Notes: generated by a model not told the origin, from the letters alone. DNA of 64,000 nucleotides from Schmidtea polychroa (GCA_044892525.1 CM097885.1:36086001-36150000), one strand, 5' to 3'; numbered from the stretch's first letter, positions 15,601 to 55,577 are shown. Numbers and translations are program-made.

Positions 15601-18550
15601 ATAAAATTGTTCTGATAATAATTACTTATTTTTTAATTTTTTAATTTAATTTTTAATTTTTAGTAAAAATTAAATTTCAGCCAAATATAAAGAAAATCAC
15701 CTCATTTTGTTCAAGTAAACTCTTCCCTCCAATTGCAATTCTTGTTTCTAAAATGACTCTAGTCTGTGCTAAACTGAGAGTATTTCCTTCAATAGCGATT
15801 GTATTGTAAATATAACTAAAATATTGCTCCTTTTTTATATGCTTTAAACGAGGATGATTTTCCGGAATTTCAAAAAACAAATAAACTTTGGCATCTATTT
15901 GATTTAACCTAATAAAAACAGAAAAAAAGTTACTAAAAGAAATTATCCAATCATATTTTTGTTGCTATCATGAAATATATGTTGAAATATGCAAAAAAGA
16001 AACAGAAAATAATAACTGTGATTGTAAGGAATCTATCCAATTTGGCACCACATCAAAGCAAGAGTTAAATAATTAAAATTGTAATAAAATGAGAAATATT
16101 TGGAAAATCAATTTAAATTCTTGAAAATCGATAATTTATTGATTATTGGACTTAAAATTTGAAAAAAATAGATTGGGGAACAAAAAGATAATAATGCTTT
16201 TGTTTAAAGACCAACATAAAATTAAAAATCATTAATTGTTTGATTGATTATTAAGAAAGCTCGAGTTTTTAAACAAAAGGAAAAATAAAGAAACTGGAGA
16301 TTCGAGAGTCATTATAAAGAGAACATTGTAAATGGGAATTTGGCACACAATATTAAAATTGGAATGTTAGAGATATTGTCCTCAAACAAATTGTGAGGTG
16401 GCTGTTGGAAGGTTTGGGAGACATAAGAACCATTATCGATTAAAACTCATTATCCGGCAGGAAGAAGTAATTATATTGTAAGTATCTTGAGCAAGATACA
16501 TTTATGCATCAATAATACAATATCGCACATTTGACATTCAGACATACATTACGTAATATTCAGTCATACAAATTTAACATGTTATAATATTATTTCAAAT
16601 AGGTATTATTTACTGCCATCCTACATCGCTCTTCATTTTATAATGTTTGATCCATTCAACATTTCTAATTTTCTATTTTCCATTCTGAAATTCCATCATG
16701 AAACTTTATTATTCTAACTGGCCCTTCAAATCTATCTTCATTTTGATTTACCACATGTTTTTTTACCAATACAACATCCTCGACATTCGATTTGCTCTTT
16801 CATCATTGAAATATAATTCATCTTCCATATTTCCTTGTATTCATTTGTGTAACTCTAATCTTTCTGATTTATGCTTTAACATTAATAATTGTAGTTCACA
16901 TTGTTTTCCATTTTCATACCGTTCTCTGGCAATCTTTTCCCCAGAAAACAACTTGTGCATGATTCAACTGCAAATAGTAAGTAGATGTGAGCTCCATGAA
17001 TCAGTATGAGTTATCACGCATGTATACCCCTCCTCCCATTTTGATCGATGAGTTATCGCGCATAAAATGTTTATGTGTATATTGATTAAAAAGTTCTATT
17101 ATTGATTTTTAAGTGAAAAGAGTAGATTTCTGAATTTTTAAAAATCAATTACTAAAAATCAAGCACTATTAAATCAATAAAAATTGATTTTTTAAAAATC
17201 AATAATCATGACGACCTTGAAGTGTGTAGGAGGTAATTTACCTCTGTTGCTAACCAGTGCTCAGTAACTAAAGGTGGCGCGGGTGGTCACATTATTTTTA
17301 TTATTAAAATTTTTATTAAATATTATTATTAATGAATTATTTTGATTTTATTTTTTTATATTACTACCAATAAGTGTTAATAACTGTTTATATTATTATT
17401 AATTATTAAAATTTTATTATTATTATTTATTATTAACTATTATATATTAATAATTATTATAATTTTTAATATTATGATTATTATTAATTATTATTATTTA
17501 TTTTTATTATTAATTTTTATAATTTTTATTATTATGATTAATTATTAAATATTATTATTAATATTAATATTTTTATTATATTATTATTATTAATTATTAA
17601 AAAATTTTATTATTATTTATTATTATCTATTAATAATTATTATAATTTTTATTATTAAATTATTAATAATTTTATTTTTAATTGTTTTTCCAAAAAATAT
17701 TTTACCTAATATTTGTAAGTGCTTTCTCATTGGTCAAAATCACTTATTAATACGATAAGGCACTTTTTTTACATACGAGACTTAATTTATACAATAGCCT
17801 TAGATATCCAAATTTTTAGAAATTAAATATTACAAATAAATTATAGCAATTTAATATTATCATTTATAAATTGAATTAATTACTCACCGTTTTTGATCCA
17901 TTTCTTCAACAATAGGAGTCGTTCTTCTTCTGCATTCTTGGGCTTTTGCATGAGTTGGTTCAGTCAGAAAAGCTTTCGTACAAAAATATTCCGCTAAAAT
18001 TATGTTGGTATCTTGAATTTCAATCAATTCACCATATTCAGCTAAAATATTTGGATTATACGGATCTAATTTCAATGCATGTGAAAGTAATTTTTTTGCT
18101 TTCACTGAATTGATCGATTTAAATTCCAAAGCTTTTTTTAATACTTTTTCAGCTTCAATAACCAATTCTATAATATGAGAGTAGATTTTAAAATCATACA
18201 TATTAAGAGAGACAGTTCGTATTTTTTTTACCTTGTCTTTGAGGATGCGACACAACAGGATTTTTTAGTGGTACTCTAAATGGATGCCTTAAAATGCCAA
18301 ATTTGTAACTATCTCGATTAATTATTTCATAAACAGTTGAACTATTAGACTTTTTGTAAAAATATAAAGTATTTAGCAATGGAGCATGAACATTGGTTTT
18401 TAAAATGATAACAATAGGAATAGACTCAAATATTTTTAGAAAATTAATGTTTCTAAAAAATATATATAGGCTTTCCCAAAAATATGTTGGAATAATAGAT
18501 AAAAATATTATAATATAGATAGAATTTTTAGTAAATAAATAATTAAACAT
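6690..18550 (-). CDS. FICD: Protein adenylyltransferase FICD/HYPE (TM-TPR-Fic), 5 coding exons, 467 aa
   Basis: Exons 18550-18232, 18167-17888, 15908-15701, 7334-6869 and 6820-6690, all GT-AG with consistent phases (1404 nt). Features: N-terminal hydrophobic segment, TPR region (AKKLLSHALKLDP...AEYGE), autoinhibitory TIAIEGN, Fic motif HPFQDGNGRTAR, C-terminal RPFIRFIANCTERT. Confidence 0.96.
10029..10928 (+). mobile_element. Non-autonomous pogo/Tigger-type element (internal deletion derivative) in FICD intron 3
   Basis: Perfect 24-bp TIRs CAGTAAACCCTCCAACTGCGCGGT and TA TSD. Retains the CENP-B/psq-type HTH N-terminus from ATG 10523: MEKLAKKILTLEAKLEIVKQLENGEKMSVLAKRHNMNESSIRRIK. Confidence 0.92.
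11063..15532 (+). mobile_element. Degenerate LTR-retroelement-like block, same family as 612-2574; boundaries approximate
   Basis: An A-rich LTR-like 5' part is followed by GC-richer decayed coding-like sequence ending in CCCAACA. Shares sequence with 2393-2510. No TSD seen. Confidence 0.45.
15070..15398. mobile_element. hAT-type MITE nested in the retroelement remnant
   Basis: Termini CAGTGGCGTAG / CTACGCACTG; 8-bp TSD attcgttg / attcgctg. Confidence 0.85.
16610..17000 (-). mobile_element. Possible Gypsy integrase C-terminal remnant in FICD intron 2
   Basis: Frameshifted fragments resembling KMKDRFEGP.RII... and NGK.KIRNVEWIKHY, followed by a purine tract and TG. Confidence 0.35.
17290..17680. 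repeat. Low-complexity degenerate (TTA)n region with internal duplication
   Basis: Almost exclusively A/T; aaaattttattattattatttattatta is repeated. Confidence 0.8.
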
Positions 18551-19771
18551 AATGAAAATATTTTAATATAAATATATATTAAAATTAAAATTTACAGCCA
18601 AAAGTAAAATTATTAAAACAAAGTTTGTAAAAGGACTTTATTTTATTAAATAATGCAATTTCAATTTTCTTTTTATGTGCATAAATAACTATAAAATTTT
18701 AAATATTGAAAATTATACAGTAATAAAATAAAATTTTCAGGCTTTTAGAAGTGTTATTAGCCAACCATTATTAAATATTTAAGTAATTGTGAATGTAAAT
18801 AACATTGCAAATATAAAATGCTATGAATTTCTTCAGTCAACCAAAATTAATCAACCATATTAATGATCCCATTTAAAAATACGTTAGGTTTTGATCATTA
18901 ACTTAATTATATGGACTGCTGATCAAATTTTATTTCTAAATTTGCAAGCGATTATTATTACTTGGATGGTTACTATGACACTAATAATAACAATCTCAAA
19001 CAAAATAGAATTTCACTAAACCATATTCGTCAAAAGTGATGTATATACTGTGTAGCTGGGGTGGAACACGAAGTCATAGAGAGCTCCGGGTTTCCCGAAT
19101 TAAGCATACGGGCAAAAATATTTTACTAACTTTTACTAGGGTGTCCCTTGATGACATACAACCATCAACACTGATTTACACATACATATACATATAAATT
19201 CTGTAAAATTACAAATCTTAAGCGAATTCAACATCTCACTTCGCTACCAACGGGACCGATATCCACCAAATCAAAGCACAAAAAAATCAGTTCATTTGCC
19301 CAAAAAATAATCCAGGCTCTGTGAGCTAAAAAATGTTAGGCGCTATTTACTCTCAATTGACGGCAGACACAACAGAAAAATTGAAACTACTTACACGCAA
19401 CACAACACACGAATACAACAATGACACATTACACAACAAGCAAAGTTTATTGATCTGTAACGTGAGCAGACGGGACGACACACGTGCAAGGAGGCCCATC
19501 TATTGCCGCACTTCTACAGCACCTTGACAACAATAAGGATGCCGGATATTTTGTAGTATAAATAAACTTTGCTGTAGAAATTTGCGTGTTTTAACCCTTT
19601 GACGCTCATAAGCGTTGCCGGCATTTTTATCGCTTGAAATAATAATCAATCGACAGATTTTAGTCCATTAGTGAGTATTATTTTCAAAAAATAATTTATT
19701 CTTTATTTTTTAGACACAACCTGGGGTGGTACATAAATACACCACTAAGCGATAATATGCAAAATATCCAA

Positions 19772-21649
19772 TCAGTCAATTATATGATAAAGTGAATAAC
19801 ACTGACGTTGAGCATTCAGACAGAGGTGAACATCACATGAACTGCATTTAATGTTGCTGCGGCAATCATGTCTTCGGGTGCTGCAGTATGTGCATCGCTT
19901 TCTGTCTTCTGTGAATACTGGTAAATGTTGTGGTGTAGGACAAGCAGCATTACTCGGTCGAATTTTCTTTGAAGGAGGATTGGCGGATGTCGCTCTCTGA
20001 CGACTACTGTAACGACCAGTGAGAGATAGCGCCACAGATCTGCGAAAGTCAAGAGCCTTCATTAGTTTGCTCTCATTTAGTTTCTTGAAAATGACATAGG
20101 AATTACACACACCAATATCCAGTAGGTCAAAGAAAATGCGTAAGTAGAACTTCACTTTCGACCTTTAAGTAAAAAAATCAAAACAAACAATGTATGTAGA
20201 GTTATAATGTGCACAGAGGCTGTAAATTTTTGCTTACCTTCGGTCGATTCCATATGCCTCTTTTCGTTGATCTGCAATGTCAACACCTCCCATAATTGAA
20301 TTATACGTCGAAACCATTTTTGGAACAGTTTTAAGCATTTTACCAGCCGTATCTCTTCGTCTTCTCATAACGGTCGTGGTTTCAAAAGGAGTCTCATAAT
20401 TGGATAGAATAGTGACAGGACGTTTGTCCATCCACTTTATTGATGAGATACAGCCATCAGTGCTAACGTAAGAGTAAATATCACCCTCTTTCATACGCTT
20501 GTTAGGACGTACATCATCTGGCAAGTGTTTTCGTGATGTTCTGATAGTACCAATAGCTTGAACACTGTTTTCACGTAAATAGAAAAACAGCTCTACCGAG
20601 AAGAAGAAATTATCCATTGCCAGGATACAGTTTGTGTTGTGAAGACTTTTTGCCAAATGCATTACCACACTTCCACCTAGACCAAATTGGCGACCTTCAT
20701 TATAAACTTTGCCTTGATACATGTCAAGTTCATGAACATATCCAGAGTGTGATGATGCTCGGACCCACATTTTGAATTCCCAGGGTATGGGTTTTTCTTT
20801 GACGTACTGTTTCATTGCACTTTTCCCAGTGAACTTATTCATGTGTTCATCAATTGACATTTCATTTTCCATTTCCATTGCAGCTTGAAACGCTTTGTTG
20901 AAATGGTTTATTAGTGGACGTACTTTGTACGCTCTGTCGTATTCCGGATTGTCTTTATGTGGCTGAAGAGCATTATCACTAAAGTGCAAATTCTTTAGGA
21001 TAAATTCAAATCTTTTCACTGTCATCACATCGGCAATTGCATCTACATGGAGATCTCTGTCAGTTGACCAATAGTCACGGAGATTTGGTAATCTGTTATA
21101 GCCCATAATTATGCATATACCCAGAAATGCTTTTATCTCTTCACTTGTTACATCGAATATAATTCCCTGTTGTTGAGCATACAATTTAGTTTGTACAATA
21201 ATGAGTGTTACAAGATCTTCAAAATATGTTGTGATTTCAAATGAAGAGTAGGCAGTTGCAGATTCAATATCCACTTTCACTTTTCCGAAATCTACTAGTT
21301 TTGTAGGTGTAGGGAATTCCAACAATCTCCGTTTTTTCTTTTGCCATTTTATATTTAAAGCCGTTGAATGCAACACATATGAATCACGTTCTGAAATGGC
21401 AACAGAAACAAATATACGAATTCGATTGAAATATATTAGGAAATCGAAATAATGTACCTGACTCATCAGATAAGTCTTTAGATTCCTCATCAACATCTAT
21501 GTCTAAAAACATAAAAATAAAACTTTGGTCACCATAAATGCTGATTTTAATTTGTAGCTAGCTTATATGCCTTCTATTATTGTTTCGTCGATACCCATTT
21601 CAATGTCATTTTCAATCAGTGTAACATCTTCCTCATCAAGGTTTTCCAT
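19772..21649 (-). CDS. piggyBac (PGBD-type) DDD transposase, spliced, about 555 aa
   Basis: Model exons 21649-21571 (GC donor), 21502-21458, 21390-20238 and 20162-19772 (1668 nt, in phase). Catalytic motifs SIDEHM, MDNFF and MGGVDIADQ are intact. Splicing restores GIDRR|SKVKFYLRIFF. C-terminal Cys-rich domain CTYC...CSSCDVHLC...C..YH. The 5' exon structure is less certain. Confidence 0.85.
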
Positions 21650-21827
21650 TTCGTCTCAGAATTATCCGCTCATAAAAGTGAAATTGCTTTTTGAGCACAT
21701 GCTCTTCTTGAGTGAACAATTCTTTTTTCTTTTGACATATCCTATAATAAAAATCATAAAAAATAAATAGCAAGTGTTAAAATATGTATTTTCATTTTAA
21801 TTATATTTCTGTGCTATCACTAAGTAC

Positions 21828-22874
21828 TGTTGAGGTCTGTAAATTAAAATTAAAAATTTAAATAAAATTTAGAATAATAATTCAAATGGAAAGTAAGCGA
21901 GGAAAAAAAGGCAAATAAAAGCGGGATCGTGCAAAGAATCAATAGTAAAGGAAAGTGTGATAGAAACAGTATTAGAAAATGCAAAAAGCAATTACGAAAG
22001 GCGAGAATCCGGAAATCCGAGAAAAATCAATAAATGGAAAAATCATCGAAATCAAATGGGAAAAACGGGACAGGTATAGATTAGCTAATGGTCAACAAGA
22101 TGATGGTTAGGGATTTATCAGAAAAGGGTTAGGAAGGGTCGAAAAACATTCAAACGTATGAAAACAGAAAACGTTAATTAATTAATTAATTGGCTAATGA
22201 AAAACCCGAGCTAATGGGAAACCCGAGCCAATGGAGAACCCGAGAAATAAAGGAAACCCGAGCTGGGTAAACAAGAAGAAAGGCAAACAAAAGGAAGATT
22301 TGGGCCCATTAGCTTGACACAATGATTAATGGGAATAGAGTAAGGAGAAGATAGCGCGCGTAGGAAGACCGGTAGGGCCATTAATTATCTGGATTCGTTG
22401 GACCATTATGGATGACAGCCGAAGCAAACACGTAGGAGAAAATGTCAAACGAAAGATTGGCTCGACAATAACCATTTGTCATCCTGATTTCGAGGAGTAT
22501 ATAAGCAAAGGGAAAATCAGAGAAAATCGGCATTTTGCCTCAGGTAGGGTAAGAAGAATCGAGAATAGTCGAGAGGTAAAAAACGAATTTAGGGAAGTAG
22601 GGAAAAGAAGAAATAGAATTAAGAATACGGAAAGGCAGAAAGGGAAACCGAGGAAAAAGAGAGTCGAGAGAACTAAAGGAACAAAAGGTGAATATTGTTT
22701 GTTGGCAAAGCATCAACGCCGAGCGGAGAATCGTATAAAACTTTGATTGATAATTGTAGCGTGATAATAAATTGTGAACTTGTTGTTTCAATATACGTTG
22801 GGTCGTTCATTGTTTTAATTTAAAGAACACCAGGAGTCAGAGAGAACCGACTTGAAATAATCCAAAACCCAACA
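21828..22874 (+). mobile_element. Solo LTR inserted in the piggyBac 5' region
   Basis: TGTTG...CAACA ends and a perfect 4-bp TSD GTAC (21824-27 / 22875-78). Internal AACCCGAG repeats. Homologous to the LTR pieces at about 33830-35200 and 43315-46018. Confidence 0.9.
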
Positions 22875-22940
22875 GTACTATCAATTTAGTAATTTAATAA
22901 TGAACTATATAATACGCTAAATTTATGTTTACCGTTCTGT

Positions 22941-23098
<158 letters not shown>

Positions 23099-25559
23099 AC
23101 CATGTTATTTCAGTTCTCTGAAGTACAAAAAAATAGTATTTAAGTTATTTTAATAGTCATTATGTTAGTTAAATCATTGTGAAATAATATAATATGAAAA
23201 ACGTTTTCAAAAACAAAAGATTACCTAAAATAATCTGAGTAGAAGATAATGTCTCAAAATTCTGAAAATTTCAAATATTTAACGAGATCGTATTAACTAA
23301 AACAATGTTTTTATAGACACCAAAGATTCCAATGATAATCATTAGGCATATGAAAGTATTTTTATCAAAGGGCGAAACCAAATTATGTTTATTTATTGGT
23401 GAACTATTTTGTTGAAGACGTGGTACATATATATATACCACAGAACGTCAAAGGGTTAATTTATCCTTCCATAAGAGTAATTAAGAGAATTTAATAAGGA
23501 TAGTAATAGCTATATTTAGTTTAGCAACACTTCACTTTACCTAACTTATATTTATTTCAGTGGAGCAGGGAATCCAGTGTTTACGGTCCGCGCTGCTGGA
23601 TGCCTGCACAATTGATATGAAAGTGGTTTTTGAGCTGAAAAAGATACACGAACAAACAACTCTGGCGGGCTGGATAAAGATATCGCTATCATGTAATAAG
23701 TTGTTGATTTGAAATAAATCTTAGTTAGTGATTCCTTTTTCTTAATAAGTCAAGTATTCGTAGAAAATTTAGTATAATACTTAGGAACCAAAATTAAAGA
23801 CTAAAAATGCCTTCTAAATGCCTTTGAATGCTAGAATATTTTAGTGTACAAAGGTGCGCTTAAATTATGCGAGTATCCACTATCTCGACACAGTTCCAAC
23901 GCTGATCATTCAAATAAACGACAGGGTAATATGTGGTTTACCGGCAACTCATCATTAGTATGACTAATGTAAATCTTGATGTTTAATAAATGTCTAAAAT
24001 GACTTATTACTTCATTGATGTTTTAATTTGTAGATTTGTCTTTAGAAAATTATGTATAATCAATGTGAATTATTATTAATCATTTAGAGATGTACAAAAA
24101 TTATTCATGGTGATCAATTAGAATGATATAATTGAAATTAATAAACTTGTGCATTTAAAACTATTCATAATCACAAAAAAACCTAGGTTACTGGCAAAGA
24201 TAAATATATGATCATAAATAAATATTTTCCATCATTACTACTATATGATTAAAACTAATCAAGAATATTCTCAAAATATATCATACATGTTTGATTAATA
24301 AAGTAATGTGCAATAGAATCTGTAAATAAAAGAGTCATTGAGTCCGTTGAGTCCGCGTGCATTATTAAAAAGACAGATTTATTATAAAAAATGATATTTG
24401 GATGAATGATGTACATAATAAAATATGCATATAAATATGTGGTTTGAGAAGTGATGAAAAAATTAATTAAAATTGTATATAAAGATTTTTTTAATAAATA
24501 AATTAATATCCTGGAGATAAAAACATAAAAAGTGACAAAATTTTTAATAAAAATTGTTAATAAAAAAGTCTCTTTGTTTTCAGTTTGTAAAAAATTGAGT
24601 TGAACTCTGAAGAAAACTACTTTTTGAATTGAATTAAATTTGAGTTGTTGATATTGTTACACCAAATTTGGTATTTTAGATTATGAAAAAGATTTCTGAC
24701 ATTGGCATTTTGGTTTAGTTATTTAACAAAATTTGGAATTTTAGATTTTAGATATTATTATCGGGTTTTCGCTGAACATTAACTTCAAAGATTTTTGAAT
24801 ATCTATCGAATAGTTATTTGTTAATTCTGATGGCTAAAAGATCTATTATGATAACAATTAATACTAGTCAGCACCACAAAATAGCACTTCCAAACAACCA
24901 AATTATATAGTGCTACTTATTCGATTCTGATCTGGAACTAAACAAGCTTGAGAACAGAAATGGCAAGTCAATGACACAAATCACAAAACAATTGAGTAAT
25001 AAACAAAAAATCAGATAATTCTGACTCGAAGTATTAGATATGGTAGGATAATAGAAAGTTAAATAGTTATGACGGCGTTCTAGGAATTAGTTATTAGCAA
25101 TGTTAGAACAGTTGAACAACACACCACTTAAGTACCATTAATAATTCAACAGATAAAAATTCACAGAACCGATGTCCTTTTTATTAGATAAATACAGGTC
25201 AATAAAAATATTTTTGAATTTTGGCTCATTTGTATAGAGATTTTTTTATTTGGAGCCGAAATTTATATCAGGACAACTGAATACACAATCTGAAAAAATA
25301 TTCAATAAACTCCAGCATAAAATAAACAATTTTCTTTTTAAATTCATGCATCACCAAATGTTTATTTAAAATATCTAAATTATCAAGTTACTACATTTTA
25401 TAAATACTTATAAAATAACAAACCTTTTATTTAATTTTTAATGTCCTTTAAAAAGTTCATCGATACGTTGTTTATAAATTGCAAATTTCTAAAATTATTT
25501 AAAATTCTTTATTCCTTTAGAATATTTATAGAATTAAACAGATTCCTTTTGCAATAAAG

Positions 25560-51177
<25,618 letters not shown>

Positions 51178-53454
51178 CAAAATATGCACTTTTAGTTTTA
51201 TTTTTGTACTATTTTTTAAAATCTCTTTCAAAGTTACCGATAATGTTTATAATTAATTAAATTAAAATTTCCTCTTATACTTTTTCAGATAAATTTTGTT
51301 TGAATTTTGCCATAGCTTTGCGTTTTATAAGCATTTATTATCAGTAATGAAACTTTTAGATGTGACAAATATTGCAAAAAATACATTCTTTTTTATTTAC
51401 GAATTACCAAGAACTCATAATTCTGAACCTCTCTGTTAACGCGCTCTCTATGCCCGTTCTCGTTTTTCTAGGTAAAGGACAGTGTAGATGAGACATGTAT
51501 ATTAATTTCATACGTCGTTGAAATATACTATCTATACATCTTTGAAAAAAGATGGGTTTATTAAATGTCGAACCCATATCTTACGCACGCCCATATCTTA
51601 CGCAAATTTTTTTTTATTCTACACAAAGAAACAAAAAGCAATAAAAACACTAAAATATTATATAAAAAGCAATTAAATAATGAAATTTAATTATTGTTTT
51701 TCTAAATTATCTTTTTCAGCCTATTTTTACAAACCACCATGTGATTTTCTTCATTCAAATCCGATTTTAATCTAAAAGACTCGTTTCCAACTCTTTCTAC
51801 TATTATCCAACTTCCTTCTTCATAAAAATCTTCCATTTTTTGACCAAAATTATCGAAACAGATATACCAGAAGAATGGTGAGTGATGCAGATATTCACTA
51901 TCATTCTATTACTTTTAATCCTGGAGAGCGTGTCTTGGTTAAGAAATCTTTTGATGCAAACACAGAAACAAGAAAAAGAAAAAAGACAAACCGGATTTAA
52001 GGTCGATTCCCTCTTTAGTACGTCCATTTGATTTGATCTTCGTAAGTCAGAGTTCGAAGTGCTTTCATTGCGATCCACAATTTTGATTCAGAGGCCTCTG
52101 TTCCAGGCCTCAATTTTCGTCCACAACCACTCTCGTTGTGGAATGATCGTATGCTATAAACTAGACTGTTCCGCGAGCTTCCATCTATCTTCTTTTTCTA
52201 GCTGAGGCGCACGATACTCGCCGGCTGAAGCATGAAAGGAATGTTATAAATAAACATGCTTTACATCACTACACTTATGAATAAATCGTTTAACGGTCTG
52301 TTAGGTGTACGAAAAATTTGCAAGCTAATGGCGAGTTGTTTTTAATAGTACGTATTGATATTTAAACTCATTTTTATATCTAATTTCCCTTTCTTTATTT
52401 TGTGAGATCATCCTTGTTTTAATCGCTTTTAAGTAACCTATGTAACTTCATTAGGTACTTGTTCGTATTTGATTATTGTAAATACTTAGTTTTAGGTTAT
52501 CAAAAGAAAATTCTTTGATGTCGGTATCAATCGAATTACTCATTTTATTAATTTAATATTTTGATAGATTTTGAATTGGTGTGCCTGTGTTTGGATTGTG
52601 ATGTTTAACGAGTACTGACTGCTATTTTAAAGCCCAAAGAATAAGGTTTACTTGACAATTACCCATCATATTCGTTTTATTCCTCAAACCTCTTAGTACA
52701 AAAAAAATAATCAATCTCTGCTGGATTCTTGCCACAGAAAATTCAAAAAGAATCAAAAATTAATTTTTCACTAGAATATATGGTACGGGAATACTAATTC
52801 CACCGTATAAAATAGTTGCGAAGGAACATTTATTCATCTTTTAGTTTAATCAGAATAATCTTTAATTTAATTTTGGTAAATACAACACTACACATAACTA
52901 AAAGTCGAAATTCGAACATGTTTTATCACAGCCACTAAATCACCGACTAATAAGTTGAGTGCGACCAAGCCGGGGACAGAGAGTATATAGTTTCTACTAA
53001 CTACATGTAAAATTGAAAACTGAATCGCACTAGCTCTTCGCAGATTTATTATACAGAAGAGGATCACTGTTGTGTATTCGATTCTTTCGTTGCTCTGTTG
53101 ACCTGCGATATAATAAAATACTTTTTTAGAAAAGTAATTATCCTTTTTCACCCACTAGCGGGTCGAGGCATGTTCTAGAACACCACAGTAGGTAGTTAGG
53201 TCATCCTTGCAACAAAAATTGATGCAACTTTTGATTACATAATTGTTACAGTAGACATTTTTTGCTTTTTTGATTACATAATTGTTGTAGTACGCTCCAA
53301 TGTTTTTTCTAGGGATTTTCAATACAAAATTTTTTTTTCAATAGAAAAGGTAGTCCTCGCTAAAAGCATGGATTTTTCAGACTATAGTGAGGGGGTCTCC
53401 ATGGTCCAGGGATTTTCAATACAAAAAGGTGGTCTACATTAAAAAAGCGTGGTA

Positions 53455-53665
53455 AATTTTTGAATTAAAGTAAATTATGGTCTAAAATTTTAAATTACAG
53501 TAAATTGTGGGTTCAAATTATGAAATTAAAGTAAATGATGGGTCTAATAATTGAATTAAAGTAATCAATGGGTTGAAATAAATAAATTATGGGTCTAAAA
53601 TTTTAAATTAAAGTAATCAATGGGCTCAGATTTTTAAATTAAAGTAAATGATGGGTCTAAAAAAT
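53455..53665. repeat. Minisatellite, about 31-bp unit (aaattaaagtaaatgatgggtctaaaatttt)
   Basis: About 6-7 degenerate tandem copies visible. Confidence 0.85.
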
Positions 53666-54300
53666 TGAATATATAATTATATCTTTTTATCCTTTCATGG
53701 ACAGTATCAACGCTGATATTCTGATGCGTTGAATCCATTGTAGTAGCAATTCAACGGTCTTAGTGGATTAATTACTGTAATTTTCATCTACATGCAGCAA
53801 AATCTCTGCTTGCCAGCCTCTCTTTGGTGATGTTATCTTTTTAACGTATTCATGATTTAACAGTTGTGAGGCATCGGATCCGGTAAAACATATGAAGTAT
53901 GTCAAATATTTCACTACACGTTTTCTTCTGCAAAACGAAGTACTTGCAATACTCAACTTAAGAAATCATGACTATAACGAAATTTCAAAAAGATGCGGAA
54001 ATATTGTAACTAACAAAAAAAGAAACAAATAAAAATTAAATACCATACTTTTTCAAAATTGTACAAAAAATTTGGATTGTTGAATATTCTTTTTCTCAGT
54101 TTGCTATGGTTTAAAAAATGTGTATGAAGAGCAGCATTTATACAAATAACTATTTGTTATTTGATTATTGCTGAAATATTCATTTCTGAAGGTTTCATTA
54201 GAATTTGGATATTCTTTGAAAACTAATAATTTTATTATAATATCGATTGATTCATTAAAAGCAAATCTAATATTATAATATTGTATAAAATTTTATTGTG

Positions 54301-54660
54301 ATGTCTATGTTGAAATATGTGAATGATCTGAAATGTACCGCCGTCAATGTCATATATTGCAGACTGTGCATGACCAAAATTGCAGACATTTCAAATTCCA
54401 AACGTCCTATGCCAAGAACTGAAGTCCAATTTATTCTTCTTGATGCTATGGTCAATGTAGAAGTAAAAGGACCGTTATTAAATTTTATTATTGCCAATTG
54501 TCAATTTGAAACTCAAGAAGTGTATTGTGTGAAATGTCAAACATGTATAGGGTTGATATATATTAGAGCTATAAATAACCTTATGACTTACTTGGAAGGG
54601 TTATACAGCATTTGGCAAGAACGAATTACTATGGCAAATGGCGATGTTTCAATGATCTAA
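54301..54660 (+). CDS. Yippee/Mis18-domain zinc-binding protein (YPEL-like), intronless and divergent, 119 aa
   Basis: IYCRLCMTKIA ... VNV ... EVYCVKCQTCIGLIYIRA....TYLEG.Y matches the two CxxC motifs and the GW.Y..A....KYKEG pattern of the Yippee family. AATAAA follows at about 54724. Confidence 0.8.
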   Translation: MSMLKYVNDLKCTAVNVIYCRLCMTKIADISNSKRPMPRTEVQFILLDAMVNVEVKGPLLNFIIANCQFETQEVYCVKCQTCIGLIYIRAINNLMTYLEGLYSIWQERITMANGDVSMI

Positions 54661-55012
54661 TATGTGACAAATGTATAAATTAAGTAAAATTAGTAACTAT
54701 TTAGCTTATCGGAAAAATTGCAAAATAAACAAAATACTGAGTCCGTTGTTTTCCTGAATGTTTACAAGTTTATCAAAGACTAAATTAATTTTTACCATTT
54801 TTCTCTTTTACGAATAATAATATTTGGATAAAAAGTTATTATTTACCAGTACTAACCCAAATAAAAACATATATTTGATACAGCATAAAAAATCAAGTCA
54901 ATAAAAGATATTTTGGTTTTTTCCAAGATTTTTTAAATAATCTTTGATCATTCAGCTGGTGTTGATTGTCGGGCCAATTTTATCTATATCATCGTCATCG
55001 TGGTTCATCGTA

Positions 55013-55228
55013 CCGTATTTTAGCGCATATAACGCGCACGGTATCTGATTACAATAAACAATAAAACCGATGGTAGGGTTACTGTCACATCATAAAAATA
55101 TTTCCACTGGCAATGCCGCCACGTGTAAAATATAAATCATAAAGCGCGCACCCACAGATACCGCGCATGGGGGGTGCACGGTTTGTAAAAATGCGTATAA
55201 CGTGCGCGTTATATGCGCTAAAATACGG
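55013..55228. mobile_element. Tc1/mariner-pogo-type MITE
   Basis: Perfect 28-bp TIRs CCGTATTTTAGCGCATATAACGCGCACG; TA TSD. Confidence 0.93.
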
Positions 55229-55479
55229 TATATGATGCAATGATAACATTGATGATATGGATAACATTATTTAATGCGATTTTATGGTTTTTAGTAGTAA
55301 ATAACTGATCATTTCGAGTCCATATTCTCTTTTGTGGCAATGAACAAATTTTATTATTATTATATTTAATTAACCAATATTTAATTCATCCTTGTAAAAC
55401 ATTTGGCAATGCTGATCTAACTTTTGATTCGTAATATGATATGCTTTATCAAAATTACTGATAACAAATAGACCCCTAC

Positions 55480-55577
55480 ACGATTCCTTTTGAAATCAAT
55501 CTTACTTGCGTATTTTTGATTGTTTGTGTAAATAAATGGACAGCTATTGCTAGGTAAAATAGTATAAAAATCATTTT
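55480..55577 (-). pseudogene. Polinton/adintovirus minor capsid (penton-like) N-terminal fragment
   Basis: NDFYTILPSNSCPFIYTNN matches the FY..LPSNS...YP.N start of Polinton-type minor capsid proteins, and lies directly after the integrase. Confidence 0.65.

Noticed and set aside
22408..22791. 112-aa and 83-aa ORFs in the solo LTR
   Set aside because: Purine-biased LTR sequence; no recognisable domain, and not evidently preserved in the sister LTR copies.
51750..52400. Possible retroelement integrase remnant on the minus strand
   Set aside because: Only faint motif resemblance across several frames; cannot be supported without a profile search.
53455..53665. CRISPR-like array
   Set aside because: Contiguous degenerate tandem units without unique spacers, in a eukaryotic context with no cas genes.
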